Positions 41,248 through 55,007 of a stretch of 64,000 nt of DNA are shown in pieces. The notes under the pieces are model-generated. The model was not told the DNA's origin. It saw only the letters and a program-made list of their open reading frames with translations, and did not search any database. A program made the translations under genes and the position numbers. Origin of the DNA: Octopus vulgaris (taxonomy: Eukaryota); NCBI GenBank assembly GCA_951406725.2, contig OX597819.1:87358001-87422000 (forward strand), read 5' to 3'. Each line of letters begins with the position of its first letter. The first letter of the stretch is position 1.

Positions 41248-41835
41248 AATGTCAGTGTGTTTGAAGATGAAAAGTGTCTATTATTCTGCCAAAATGGTCA
41301 TTCTTTTCAAATATAAAGAATGATTATAATTTTAATACGAAAATACAATCATGTATTTAACCTTTCATCTTTATAACTCTTTCTACACAGCAATATATGT
41401 GTGACAGATAATGTTCAAAATGTGTGTAGAATGCACTGTTAAACTTATTTTGTATGAATATATTTATATTTTCTAAGGCTGGTCATGATACATTGCATCA
41501 AAAATACTATCTTTCCATTAGTCAAATGACAAAGTGTTTCTTTGTTTACATATTTCGTTTAAGTTGCATTATAAGGAAAGAAAGGCATCTCATTCTGAAA
41601 TAATCCAAGTAGTGTTCCGCCATTTCTTATATAACCAAAAAGGGGAAAAAAATTCGGTGGGTAAAAAATAGGAGTTTTTGTTTGAAACCAATTCAATTAT
41701 ATAATATGTCTTTGTCTGACATTATCTTCACTTCACTCTTATAAAAAGTGTACAACACACTTGACAGTATCGGGTAAGTTTCATGGTGCTCTAGCATGAC
41801 CACAGCCACCTGGCTGAAGCACATAAAAGAATAAA

Positions 41836-41887
<52 letters not shown>

Positions 41888-42103
41888 TCCTAATCAGAAT
41901 CAGAATCAGAATTAGGAAGGTTTTCATTTTCTCGTATGTAAGATGTTCAGGTTTTAACATAATTACATCAGAATAGAAATCTGTTTGATTTGGAAGTCAG
42001 GTAAAAGAATCTTCCAAGAAATCGTTACAAATTAACTTCTTTGATTCTTTGGAACTCGACTTGCACCAATGTCATTTTATTTTTAATGGGAAGAACGATC
42101 AAG

Positions 42104-42169
42104 TCAAGCATTGGAACTTGGTGGCATCATCTGCTTGGTGAAATATTTTTTGGAAAGTTCTTCAAATGC
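42104..42169 (-). CDS. PH-domain gene, terminal coding exon (AFEELSKKYFTKQMMPPSSNA*)
   Basis: tttatttttag acceptor, phase 0; AT-rich putative 3' UTR to about 40730. Confidence 0.75.
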   Translation of the reverse strand, partial: AFEELSKKYFTKQMMPPSSNA

Positions 42170-42452
42170 CTAAAAATAAATAAATAGGTATTTAAATTAC
42201 ATTAATTAATGAATTAGTATTCAAAAATGGGGAGCCAAAAAACATTTTTAATCATAAAAATAATAATAATGTTTTAATTAATAAAAGTAAGATTACTAAT
42301 GAGCAAATAAAAGGTTTCAAAAAATCTTTACTTAATAATAAAGTATTGATATGACTGAAATATTTGTTGTAAATGAGTGCTTAAAAATATGTGGGTCTTG
42401 TGGAAACACATATGTGAGCAATGCAGTCCATAAATACTCTGCAGTTTGACAT

Positions 42453-43000
42453 TCATCATCATCATCATTTAGCGTCCGCTTTCCATGCTAGCATGGGTTG
42501 GACGGTTCATCTGGGGTCTGTGAAGCCAGAAGGCTGCATCAGGTCCAGTCTGATCTGGCAGTGTTTCTATGGCTGGATGCCCTTCCTAACGCCAACCACT
42601 CCGTGAGTGTAGTGGGTGCTTTTTACGTGCTACTCGCACAGGTGCCAGACGGAGCTGGCAAACGGCCACAGACGGATGGTGCTTTTTACGTGCCACCAGC
42701 ACAGGGCCAGGCGAGGCTAGCAATGGCCACGAACGAATGGTGCTTTTTACGTGCCACCGGCACGAGGCCAGTCGGGGCGGCGCTGGCGACGGCCACGAAT
42801 GGATGGCAGTGCCAGACGAGTCTGGCAAATGGCCACGAACGGATGGTGCTTTTTTACATGCCACCAGCACGGGGGCCAGGCAAGGCTGGCAACGGCCACG
42901 AACGGATGGTGCTTTTTACGTGCCACCGGCACGAGGCCAGTCTAGGCGGTGCTGGCAGCGGCCACATTCGGATGGTTCTCTTACATGCCACCGGCACTGG
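42453..43000 (-). mobile_element. SINE-like family D with an expanded internal 60-bp minisatellite
   Basis: About seven ggtgctttttacgtgccacc units. Confidence 0.85.
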
Positions 43001-44309
43001 TAAGATATCAAAGACAGGGATAAATACCTCTATACTGATAGATATCTTGATCCCTTACAACTAAATGATAATGAAGAAATTATCAAAATGGAAATTAGCA
43101 GGATGGCAGTGAAAAGCATATCATTAAGAATTGGACCACAAAGTTTGATAAAGAAGAATATAAACAAAAGTCTAACTCCAGGGCTTGTAAATTTATATTA
43201 TGATTTGCTTTGCTGAATGGTTAGTGTTAGGAAGGGCATCCAGCTGTAAAAATCCTACCAAAACAGTCAGAGAAGCCTGGTGCTTCTTGTGAAATCATCC
43301 CACCCATACAAGCAGAATGTAAAAACAGTGCTGCAGACATCTTAGAAAGACAGAGCTGGAACTGGTGGTGTTAAAATAATAAGCTGTTAAAATAAGGCAC
43401 AGTACCAGCAGTTTTGTGGAAGGGTGTTAGTTGATTTTATCAATACCAGGGCTCAATTGGTACATATTTTATCAACTTCAAAAGGATGAAAATAAAGTTG
43501 ACTTTGGCAGGATTTGAACTCAATGTACGGAGCCATAAAAAATGCTTCCAAACATTTTGTCCACTGCTCTGTAATGAACTTTAACAATGAAAACTTGGCC
43601 ACGCATGTTGGGAAAAGGATGAAAACTATTAAATACTATTAAGTATTTCTTTGATCCATATTTGATCCTGCAAAAATAAAATATCCAACATCCCCAGGAT
43701 TTATACTAGAAGAATAAAGGGTTGTAATGAAGCACTATGATATATTTAATCTAGCGCTTTCCTAGTTTTCTCACTGCCCGCCAGTACGTCCGTTGCAACA
43801 CCACTAACTAAAATATCTCTGATGTATCAAGAAAGAGAAACCCAGTTATTCAATAAAATTAAGCAGTTAAATAAATACTAAACTGAAAAATAGGTACTAG
43901 GGTCGATATGACTAAAGAAAAATAAACTTTGAAACAGTGCACTAACAGGATTACAGTCCAGCAAAAGAATAAAATAAAGACAGGCATTTAAAAAATAAAA
44001 TAGGACACCAGCTCAAGGTTATATTTTAAAATGTAAAACGTATTTTCAATTCAGCCCAACTTAATTTTATCTGGATATGACAATGTGTGACGGAGATATA
44101 AATTCCAATCATACCACCTGCAAGAAGCGGATATGTGTATTTTATTTTAACATATTTAGATACTATGTTACACCTTTTATTGTACTTTTTTTATTAATCC
44201 TATACAGATTACTTCAAAATGCAGAGAAATAAAACTTCGGAAATATAAAAAAAAAAAACCACCCAAAAAATTTACAAGGAAAGAAGAAAAGAAATGATAT
44301 ATAAATTAC

Positions 44310-44960
44310 CTCAATTTCTGACATTGCATCAGAACTTATCTTTAAATCGGACTTCTTATGAGAAGAATTTGTTTTTAGGTTACTTAAATGTTCTATTTGG
44401 TCTGTTGTATATGAGTGGTGGCTGTTTCGTTTGGGGTCAGATTGACTACAATGTGACAATGTTTTTGTAGCATTATCTGCCAAGTCTAAAGATTTCAGAA
44501 ACATGTTCTCTGAGGAATTAGGTGAAGTCTGATTTGAATTTGAATTAACATTAGGTGATTCTGTACCCCAAGAATTTATTAAGACTGGTGGTGTGCTGAA
44601 ACGATTCTCTTTCGTCAAACGACTGTTCCGCAATTTCACTGGACGTATCAATCCAAGACGTGACTTTGAACTAATATGGAAAGATTTTGAAATGCTACTG
44701 ATGTGTTTAATACCACTGCTTTGCTTAGTTTGTGAGTCCGGTGAAAGAAGATGAGCATTGGACTGTATAGCCATTTCTGGATGGTCATTACAGTGCCGGT
44801 GAAGGGAGCGATCTATTTGTTCGAGTTCATTATTCAGTTCTTCAACTTGGTTAGCCAAATGATCTTTTTGGTTTAAGTTACCTTTCTTTTTGTTTCCACC
44901 TCCAAAACCAAATATAGATTTCTTGCTGTGACTGTTGATCTGTTTCTGAAGTGATTGTAA
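44310..44960 (-). CDS. PH-domain gene exon, 217 codons (coiled-coil and Ser-rich)
   Basis: Open 651 bp; tttttgcag acceptor; GAG|gtaatt donor; phase 0/0. Confidence 0.9.
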
Positions 44961-47000
44961 CTGCAAAAATAATTATTTAAACAATAAATACTTGAACTAT
45001 TTCATAAGAATTTTATAAACTTTCGAATAAACATGAAATAATTCGCTTTTTGGAACAGTGGATCTCAAAGCACATAAAGCTATAGATAATAGCTGCCCAT
45101 AGATATCCTTTGACATTTTGTATCCAAAAGGGCTTTTCAACCAAATACTTACATGCAATTATTTACAGTTTTATCTACTCTGAGATTCATTGTTATAACA
45201 AATAATTATTGAACTAATGTTCAAAGATAGGAATTGACGAAATATACAGTGTTGGGTGTTTTATACACAGACACACACACACACACACACACACAAATAC
45301 ATAACAGGTTTAAATTTATATCTTCAATATTCTAAGTTCAGAAATTTATCGGATCAACATTGCCATTCACTTCTACATGATAAAATTATGCCTCAGAATT
45401 AATTTAATCAACCACAACCAACACTTTCAGTAACTTGACTCGTGTAAAAGTCATAAAATCAATATCTTTTATCTTTTACTTGTTTCAGTCATTTTACTGC
45501 AGCCATACTGAGGTACCACTTTGAAGAATTTTAGTTGAATGAACTGACCACAGTATTCATTTTTTTTAAGCTTGGTACTTATTCTAACAGTCTGTTTTGC
45601 CAGGCTACTAAGTTACAGGGACATAAACACACCAACACTAGTTGTGAAGTGATAGTGGGGAACAAACACAAACATACATACATACATATATTATCTTGCA
45701 AGTACTTGGTGACCTTGTAAGTGCAGGTGCCACTTAAAAGCACCCAGTAAAGTGGCTGGTGTTCAGAAGGGCATCCAGCTATAAAAACCTTTCCAAAACT
45801 GACCTCGCCTGTGCTTGTGCCATGTAAAAAGCATTAAGTCCACTCTGCTGAGTGGTTGGTGTCAGGAAGAGCATCCAGCTGTAAAAATCCTGCCAAAACA
45901 AATCACAAAAATCTAGTACAGCTTCTGCCTGGCCGGCTCTTGTGAAGCCATCCCACTCATGCTAGAATGGAAGGTGGATGTTGAACGATGATGATCTCAT
46001 ACACACACACACACACACACATGGGTATCTTTCAGTTTCCATCAAGCAAATCCACTCAAGACTTTGTTCTGCCAGAGGCTGTTAAGTAGAAGATACTTGG
46101 CCAAGGCGCCATGCATTATTGGTCTTTATTTCTTTTAAATTTTAGGAATTATATTAAAGACGTTTTTTCTTTTCCATATTTAGTCATTTTCATGCATTGT
46201 TTTATTATCTTTTTTTTAATTATTCTATATCTGCTAAAAAAAATTAAGTGTCATTGGTCTTGGGAATACTTTTCACAGTATTAAAATTTCTCATGGAACA
46301 GAACTGAGTAACTAAATTAGCCAACTAGGAAAAAAAAAGTTTTAATGCTCGACTAAAGGCGGTGTTCCAGCATGGCCACAGTCAAATGGCTGAAACAAGT
46401 AAAAGAGTGAAAGAAGAGTAAAAGAGAGTAAAGAGTAATGCTTCTAGCAGTATTTGAAGTATGATTAATAAATTTTAAAAATTAACTATTGTAAAGAGAA
46501 TTAGTATGAAGAAAATCATCATTATCATTTAATGTCCATTTTCCATGCTGCCATGGGTTGGATGGTATGACAGGCTCCATTGTGTGTTCTGGTATGGTTT
46601 CTATGGCTGGATGCCCTTCCAAATGCCAACCACTACATAGAGTATACTGGGTGCTTTTTAGCATGGCACCAGCACCGGTATTGATTCTGCTGTGGCAGAC
46701 AGGTCTTCTTGAGTACTTCTGCTGTGACAGATGGATCTTAATAAAAAACTTGTATACAAATGTCAATACTGGTTGCATTTAAGATGGCAAGGTGGCAGAA
46801 TCATTAGGGCACCGGGCAAAAAGCTTAGCAGCATTTCACCCATTTTGAGTATCAAATTCCACCAAGATCAACTTTGCCTTTCATCCTTTCAGGTTCGATA
46901 AAATAAGTAGCAGTTGAACACTGGGATCAATGTAATCGACCTACTCCCCTCCCTCTAAACTGCTGTCCTTGGACTAAACTGAGAAACCAATATAGGTTAA

Positions 47001-47220
47001 CTCTTTCATTACCAACCCGGCTGAAACCAGCTGTGGCTCTGAGTACAAATGTCTTGTTTTCATAAGTTTTGAATTAAAATCTTTCACTAAACCTTAGTCA
47101 AAATTTATGTTCCTAACACTAGCTGAATGATAACTAAGTTATTTTACTAAATTCTTTGTTATATTTAAAGTAATTGAAAGAAATACAGAGCATCTCAAAA
47201 TAAATACAGTAACGAAAGGG
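47001..47220. mobile_element. piggyBac-like MITE
   Basis: TTAA-ctctttcattac...gtaacgaaaggg-TTAA; relatives near 55281-55502, 57590, 60624-60742 and 62172-62380. Confidence 0.8.
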
Positions 47221-47709
47221 TTAAGGTATATTTGTTGAGACACTATCAGCTGTAGAAATAACTCAGGATAGTGATAAAATCATTAGAGAAAAATAGAATG
47301 AAATTTTCATTTTAATTCGAAAATCTTGACTGATTTGAACTATGACTGTCTCAAGGATTGTATCTTATATAGTGATTTCAAATTTTGGCACAGAACCAGC
47401 AATTTCGGAGTAGTAGGTAATTCAATTACATCAACCTCAGTACTCAACTGGTACTTATTTTATCTACCCCAAAAGGATGAAAGGCAAAGTCGACCTCAGA
47501 GGAATTTGAACTCAGAAAGTAGAGAAGGAACAAATGCCATTAAGCATTTTTGCTGAAGTCAATCCATAGTTGGTAGTGAGATACTAGAATTATCTGGGAG
47601 GTAACTGCAAGTATGCATAATTTGAAATGGTACAGAATATGGTGAGGAGTCATTTGAAAGTCTGGAGAATAAGCAGTACATATTTCATAGGCTTTATTAA
47701 AACGAAAAT

Positions 47710-47945
47710 ACCTATTTCTTTACTACCCACAAGGGGCTAAACACAGAGGGGACAAACAAGGACAGACAAATGGATTAAGTTGATTACATCGACCCCAGTG
47801 CATAACTGGTACTTAATTTATCGACCCCCAAAAGGATGAAAGGCAAAGTCGACCTCAGCGGAATTTGAACTCAGAACGTAATGGCAGACGAAATATGGCT
47901 ACGCATTTCACCCAGCGTGCTAACGTTTCAGCCAGCTCGCCGCCT
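47710..47945 (-). mobile_element. SINE family C, full length
   Basis: Reverse complement of 5315-5520 plus tail; other copies at 46785-46990, 47385-47555 and 54060-54480. Confidence 0.85.
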
Positions 47946-48347
47946 TCTCCCAGCACGCTTTAATTATGAATTAAAGTTAAGGTTTTAATGTAGATGGCAT
48001 TGAACATTAAAAGCACATGTATATCTTAGTCATCCATTGTCTCCGGCATTTGTTGAAACAAACGAATATATGGCTGTTAGTTGACTTGTAATGTTTTTTT
48101 TCTCTATGCATATAATTATTTCTGATTGGCTTTTTTAATATTCACTGCATTAAATCTAAAATAATTACTCAATCATGAAGTATATTTGCCACCTAAATGT
48201 GGCTAACGCTTAAGGGTTGATGCTATGTAGGTTGATGCTTGTAGCCCCAGGAAGACAACTCCTCCAGCTGGCTATTGACACACTTTCTGTGTCCTATCAG
48301 TATTTGCAAAGGGAAGTCATCTTTCCCATCTCCAGCCTGATGTGATA

Positions 48348-48392
48348 CACACGGATCCGAGTTTCTGGGTATTGACTCGTCATCAGCGTGTG
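48348..48392 (-). ncRNA. Minimal hammerhead motif, intronic and sense to the host gene
   Basis: cacacg-CTGATGA-c-gagt-caat-accc-a-GAAA-ctcgga-TC-cgtgtg; mismatches in stems II and III. Confidence 0.7.
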
Positions 48393-48452
48393 ACAACCAC
48401 CAGTTGGCAATGGGAAGTAGTTCCCAATGCAAATATATATATATATATATAC

Positions 48453-48700
48453 AACTTATAAATAAGAGCAAACGAAAAAATTTCTAATGCCAAATATGCC
48501 GAAAATTGGACATATTGTCCATTACCATATAATTTTTCAAAATACGCACACTACTCGAAAAAAAAGCCGCCAGAAATTTCTATTGGCTTATTTTTCGAGT
48601 AGCGTGAGTATTGTGAAAAATTATATGGTAATGGACAATATGTCCAATTTTCGGTATATTTGGCAGTAGAAATACTTTCGTTCGCCCTTATTTATAAGTT
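48453..48700. repeat. Foldback element with about 115-bp inverted arms
   Basis: ccgaaaattggacatattgtccattaccatataatttttca / tgaaaaattatatggtaatggacaatatgtccaattttcgg. Confidence 0.9.
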
Positions 48701-48790
48701 TTTTTTAATAATTTTAACCGTTAAAGGTATTTTTTAATATGCTGGCCATTGATAAAATTTATATTCGAAAAAAATTCTATCCTACATTAA

Positions 48791-48839
<49 letters not shown>

Positions 48840-49300
48840 TTTTTCCAGTGACGAAAAGTCACTGATCTCGAAAAAGTGGAAACAAGCAATAATGAATCTC
48901 TGAGCGAGGTATAAACAATAGCTGTACGACATCAAAAAAATTGTATATAATGCAAGGGACGTAACTCTTGAATATAGAAAGGGCGTGTCTGGTGCAAGGG
49001 AGGTAACTTTTTAATGAAGGCCATTAAGTTCTCTTTGAACAAACGTTCGAAATTGTTGTGCTCATTCGTATCACAACAAAATATTTCAAAATTGAATTAT
49101 TCTGAGGTGCTTATTCGTCCGCAACCACATACACACACACGCAACAGAATTCTTGTCTCGCTGTAAAATTAGTGCTATTCAAGCTTCACAGACTAATGCA
49201 ATCTTTTACCATTAAAAATGATATAAAGACTATTTGAAGCGAAATGTAAAGCTGTGTCATACGAGTAAAGCTATGATTCTTTAGATTAAGCAGCTGAATT

Positions 49301-49831
49301 GGCAAGACTTTCGCCCGTCTCCCCCCGCCTAAAAAAAAACACCCTTTTTTTAAAATTTATTTTTTCGATACAAACCCCACTTTTCGGCTATGAGGAATAC
49401 GAATCTGCAAAAAAATTGGCAAAATCGACATTTCTAGATTACCACCACCACCACCCCACCACATTCCCTTCATTTTAAACTTTTTTCACAATTTTTTTTT
49501 TTTTCAAAATAAGCAAAAAAAAAAAATACGGAGATTATGATTCTGAAAAAAAATTCCAAAAATATTTGTAAAAATCTTTTTTAAGAATTTTTGTTTTTCT
49601 AAATATGCGGGAAAATACAGACATCATAATTCGGACAAAAATTTCAAAACATTTCTGTACCTACGGTTACGGCTTTAGGGTTAGTGTTGGGGGGGGGGGG
49701 ATTTCACAATGCCGATTTTTGACAATTTTCCGGAAGCTCCGTATCCGAAAACGGGGATTTTTAGCAAAAAAAATTACAAAAATAAACAAATTTGGGAGAA
49801 AATGGAGGGGGTGACGGACGGAAGTCTTTCC
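49301..49831. mobile_element. Merlin-like MITE
   Basis: 24-bp GG-starting imperfect TIRs; perfect 8-bp TSD GCTGAATT; internal TTAGGGTTAG. Confidence 0.85.
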
Positions 49832-50091
49832 GCTGAATTTAGTAATTTAAAAAAATTTTTCTTTTACACGGGGAACGGAAGGTAGGACACAAAATGTCAT
49901 ACACTGTACCTATTTGTTTATAAATAACGAATTCATTACCTCAGTATCTCATTATTGTTGTTATTGTTGTTGTTGCAAGCTAGAATCAGTATTAATTACC
50001 CAACTTTGGAAAGATAGCAACTATACTGACATGTAAATACTTGTGAAAGTATAACCATTATTGTGAGGACAACCAAACAAGAGTTACGTAC

Positions 50092-50178
50092 CGTAAGTTG
50101 AGCTGACATTCGTCTCTGCACCAAACGTGTCATACACATGCTCTCTTTATCACAAGCTTCGTTTTCTAATTCTGCACT
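50092..50178 (-). CDS. PH-domain gene exon (SAELENEACDKESMCMTRLVQRRMSAQLT)
   Basis: ttctaccacag acceptor; ACG|gtacgt donor; 87 bp; phase 0/0. Confidence 0.8.
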
Positions 50179-50367
50179 CTGTGGTAGAAAAATTGAACCA
50201 ATTTTAATGCATTCTTTCCACAAAATTCGTAATAAGCCTTCCAATAAATAACTTGAATTTTAAAAGGATTTTTTGTTTGTTTTCAACAAGTAGTGAGAAA
50301 CAATAAGAGAAATGATTTCATATCCAGGAGAGATTAAAATTGGAGTTCAAAAAAAATCAAAATAAAT

Positions 50368-50765
50368 GAGTGGCTGTGTGGTAAGTAGCTTGCTAACCAA
50401 CCACATGGTTCCGGGTTCAGTCCCACTGCGTGGCATCTTGGGCAAGTGTCTTCTGATATAGCCCCGGGCCGACCAAAGCCTTGTGAGTGGATTTGGTAGA
50501 CGGAAACTGAAAGAAGCCTGTCGTATATATATGTATATATATGTATGCGTGTGTGTGTTTGTGTTTGTCCCCGTAGCATTGCTTGACAACCGATGCTGGT
50601 ATGCTTACGTCCCCGTCACATAGTGGTTCGGCAAAAGAGACCGATAGAATAAGTACTGGGCTTACAAAGAATAAGTCCCGGGGTCGACTTGCTCGACTAA
50701 AGGCGGTGCTCCAGCATGGCCGCAGCCAAATGACTGAAACAAATAAAAGAGTAAAGAGTAAGAGA
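50368..50765 (+). mobile_element. SINE family B, full length, young
   Basis: tRNA-like head (TGGCTGTGTGG, GGTTCAGTCCC), internal microsatellite, LINE-like tail, AAAGAGT repeats. Confidence 0.9.
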
Positions 50766-50939
50766 GGTATAAAATTAGATACCCATTCCCCACCCCGGGT
50801 CAAAAAAAGGTGAGGTTAAAGTTATTATCCGTTAGAAGTATTGTGAAGGCACCTGCTAAAATTGATGAAGATAGAAATAGGAGAATTGCAGTAAAAAAAC
50901 CACAGATCACAATACAGGAAGACACTGTAGTCCTTCTCA

Positions 50940-51185
50940 ATCATCATCATCATTTAAGGTCTGTTTTCCATGCTAGCATGGGTTGGACGGTTTGACTGGG
51001 GTCTGGGAAGCCAGGAGGCTGCACCAGGCTCCAGTCTGATCTGGCAGTGTTTCTACAGCTGGATGCCCTTCCTAACACCAACCACTCCGTGAGTGTAGTG
51101 GATGCTTTTTACGTGCTACCGGCACAGGGGCCAGGCAAGGCTGGCAACAGCCACGATCGGTTGGTGCTTTTTATGTGCCACCGGG
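50940..51185 (-). mobile_element. SINE-like family D
   Basis: Matches 42453-42700; further copies at 45720-45995, 46515-46700, 58735-58940 and 61750-62010. Confidence 0.8.
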
Positions 51186-51514
51186 GTCGGTGGACGGGCT
51201 TGTTTCAGTTTCCGTCTACCAAATCCACTCACAATATATATCAATAACAGTGGTAACGAAATTGATAGCCCCTAAAATTGATTTAACTTCTACATGTAAT
51301 GAAAAATTACCATGGATTAATTCTACAGTATCAAACTTTGCAAGAAATATTAAAACTTTGACTAATTCTGGTTTTCTAAACTTAAGATAAAAATAATATG
51401 CTTGTAATATCCAAGCACGAGTCTTCAAGCATACTTAGACAAAATTTTTGTCTAATGTGTTTTTCTTTTATTATCATCACATATTTTTAAATAGCATATA
51501 TGAACTAACGTTAT

Positions 51515-51705
51515 CTTTCTTTTACTTGTTTCAGTCATTTGATTGTGACCATGGTGGAGCACCACCAGGATTTATTCTTTGTAAGCCTAGTACTTATTCT
51601 ATCGGTCTCTTTTACCAAACCGCTAAGTTACGGGGACGTAAACACACCAACATCGGTTGTCAAGCAATGTTGGGGGGACAAACACAGGCACACAAACATA
51701 TACAC

Positions 51706-51736
<31 letters not shown>

Positions 51737-51900
51737 CAACGGGCTTCTTTCAGTTTCCGTCTACCAAATCCACTTACAAGGCTTTGGTCAGCCCGAGGCT
51801 ATAGCAGAAGACACTTGCCTAAGGTGCCACACAGTGGGACTGAACCCAGAACAATGTGGTTGGTAAGCAAGCAACTTATCACACAGCCACCCCTGCACCT
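51515..51900 (-). mobile_element. SINE family B, full length
   Basis: Reverse complement of 50368-50750; others at 52500-52830, 60280-60610, 60965-61310 and 63752-63905. Confidence 0.85.
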
Positions 51901-51934
51901 ATACTTACCACACAGCTACTCCTGCACTTATGCA

Positions 51935-52215
51935 TAATTTACTTTATGGAAAACATTCATATTTCATCTACCATAACGAACGTCAAATTTTCAAAGAAGC
52001 TCAAGAAATCTGCTACTGAGATTTTTGAAATGCTTCACCAGATTTTTGTCAAGTATTATTCTTAAGGTCAAACATTCTTTAGCTTTTCATGGCCTGCACA
52101 TTTTAAGGCTGATTGAGTGTCACCTCATTATGAAGAGTGTTCAGAAAATCTGGAAAAAATTTGGAAACTCAACCAAGAGCACCAACGCCAAACAATCCAT
52201 GAATACTTTTGCATG
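51935..52215 (+). pseudogene. Mariner transposase N-terminal relic
   Basis: NVKFSKKLKKSATEIFEMLHQ. Confidence 0.65.
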
Positions 52216-53203
52216 ACTGTTCAAACAACTCTTAAGTATCTAGTCATTTATTCCAATATCTTCTTCTAAGATCTTCTTCTTGTCCTAAAGGACCTATTTT
52301 TCATCACAGATGATTATTCTTTTCAAATAATATTTGCCTTTCATTTCACTCAAGAAGAAAAGAGCAGACTGTCAAATAATGCATCATGTTTGCAGTGGAA
52401 CAAATTTGTCCATCTTTTCCAATTTCCCGATATCATTGCCAGATAATATCCAATTACACAGTGTAATTTCAAAATATTTAGATTATACTGTGTAATACAT
52501 CTTTTGTCCTTGGGTAACAACTGTTATTTGGTTAGCCCAAGGCTACGTATAGTATAAGACACTTGTCCAAGGTCTCATGCAATGGGACTGAACCCAAACC
52601 CACATAGTTGGGCAGCAAGCTTCTTATCACACAGCCATGCTTGCACCTATGTGTACATATATTAACATGCATGTGAGTTTATGTACCAGCTTCTATCTAC
52701 TAAATTCCACTCACAAGGTATTGTTCTATAAGAAACTATAGTAAGAGACACTTGCTCAAGCTGCTGTGCAGTGTGATGGAACCCAGAATTATGTGGTCCA
52801 AAAGCAAACTTCTTTATCACACAGCCTAACTATTACTAGTACTTTATTGTAACAGAAATGATAGTCATATAGTTAGATAGTCAAACATTACAGTAGTCTA
52901 AACCAAGAACCAGGGAATTCTAAAAGAGTCACTAATTCTCAAGTTATGAACCTATACATTACTGCTGACATAACTTATTAAGCGAAACATTTAACTCCAC
53001 TTCCCAAGAGGTTGCATAACTCAAAAAGATTAATATCAGTCATAAAAGAGAAAGAAAGTGATCTTGGAGAAGAATGGATTATCTCACGCTAACATGTCTA
53101 GATATGGTATAAAAAGGTGAAATCTTGTCTTTTTGTGATGCCTTTTGCAAACTTAATTGCAAAAATTCAGAATGGAAGAAGCATTATATAGTGCCATATT
53201 TAC

Positions 53204-53319
53204 TTGTCTTAATTCTTGTCTGTGTTTGATGTCATTTATTTGTTGAACCACATTGGAAAGAAGTTGTTGCTTCAAAAGTTTTGTTTTGTCTTTGAATTCT
53301 TCACATGTGTGAGCTGGAT
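53204..53319 (-). CDS. PH-domain gene exon (DPAHTCEEFKDKTKLLKQQLLSNVVQQINDIKHRQELRQ)
   Basis: tattttag acceptor; CAA|gtaaat donor; phase 1/0 fits both neighbours. Confidence 0.8.
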
Positions 53320-55007
53320 CTAAAATATAACAAAACAACAAACTGAACTAAATGCAACAAATAACAACACTGAATATAATATCTTTTTGAAATTTGCAAG
53401 AAATGACGAATTTGAAGAAGAGAAGTGTAGTCATTTGAAGTAACCCCAGTATATGACAGGTACATACTTTATCAACCCCTAGAAGAAAGCAAGATAAAAT
53501 CATTCCTTGTGTGATTTGAACTCAGATCATAAAAGAATGTAACTAAATACCAAAAGATACTTTTATATAGGTGCTCTACCATTTTAGTGATAATAAATTA
53601 ACACATAAGGTGGTTGGTGTTCAAAAGGAGGTGGAGCGTGGTTAGGACTTTCTTCAGGCTGAGTAGCCCATCTCACTCAAAAAAACTCTGAATAAGGATT
53701 AATGATGTTTAACAAAACAGCCATGTTTCCAGAGATGAATCATTCAGACCCCAAAGAACTCCTCTCAACAAATGGCTATGGTGCTCCCCCACTACTTCTG
53801 CCTGTGATCAGAGATGCACGCATCATCAGCCACCAAGGGACATTCTCAACTGGTTATGGTCAAACAACTGACAAGCAAATTTGTGGTATTGAGCAGAATA
53901 TTTGTTGCAGACCATCTTTTAAACTGAGACAAAACATCTACATGATAACACTTCCAATCAGTTAAGATCAGAAGCCATGAGAGCCAGTGCCTCGTATTGC
54001 ATCAGGGCATTATTATTATTATTATCATTATTATTATTATTATTATTATTAAAAAGGTAGCAGCAGGCTAACAGAATCATAGCATGCTGGATGAAATGTT
54101 TAGCAGTATTTCTCTTGCCTGATCATTCTGAGGTCAACTATGTCTTTCATTCTTATTGGCTTGATGAAACAAGTACCAGTTGAACACTGAGGTTGATGTA
54201 ATCAATTAAGCACCTTCCCACCAAATTTTAAACCATTATTATTGTTGTTGTTATTTATTATTATTAAGGCAGCAAGCTGGCAGAATCAACAGAATGCCAG
54301 ATAAAATGCTTACCAGCATTTCGTTCATTCTTATGTTCTGAGTTCAAATTCCCCTGAAATCAACTTTGCCTTTCATCCCTTCAGAGTTGATGAAATAAGT
54401 ACCAGTTGAGCACTGGGGTCAATGTAATTGACTAACCCCATCCCCATAAAATTTCAGGGCTTGTGCCAACAGTAGAAATAATAATTATTATATCTATATT
54501 GGTTACAAGGTTGGCTCTGTACCTATGGCCTACAAGAGCAGGGAGATTGATGCAGTTAATGTTCCTATAAAAAGGAAGAAAGATTCAGCATGATAGTCAG
54601 AGTGAGGCCTGGGGTGTGGAGACACGATATGAATGAAGAGATGAAGATCTCACCTGCACAAATATACAACACATTTCAAAGAAAAGTTATATATTTCTTT
54701 CTCAGAAGCATTTTTTTTGTTTTGTTTGTTTGTTTGTTTTTTTTTTTTTGGTTTTTTTTTTGTTTGTTTTTTAGTAATGAATTTGGCTTGGGCAGAGTAA
54801 CTCTGAAATTCAGATCATTTAGATAAGTGCACATGTGTACTCTTCCAAATGAGCAAACAGCTACAAAATAAGAATGATATTTATTTACAACCAAGGTAGC
54901 TGAGGTGCAAAAAGAGGTATGTGCCTAGTTCAGAAAAAGTTTAGGTCAAAAATGAATGTAGGTGATCAAAAATGAAAGTAAGTGTAAAAGTTTCAAAATA
55001 AACTTAC

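Noticed and set aside
42615-43000. CRISPR-like repeat array and 188-aa ORF
   Set aside because: The spacers resemble each other; it is an internal minisatellite of a eukaryotic repeat with no cas genes
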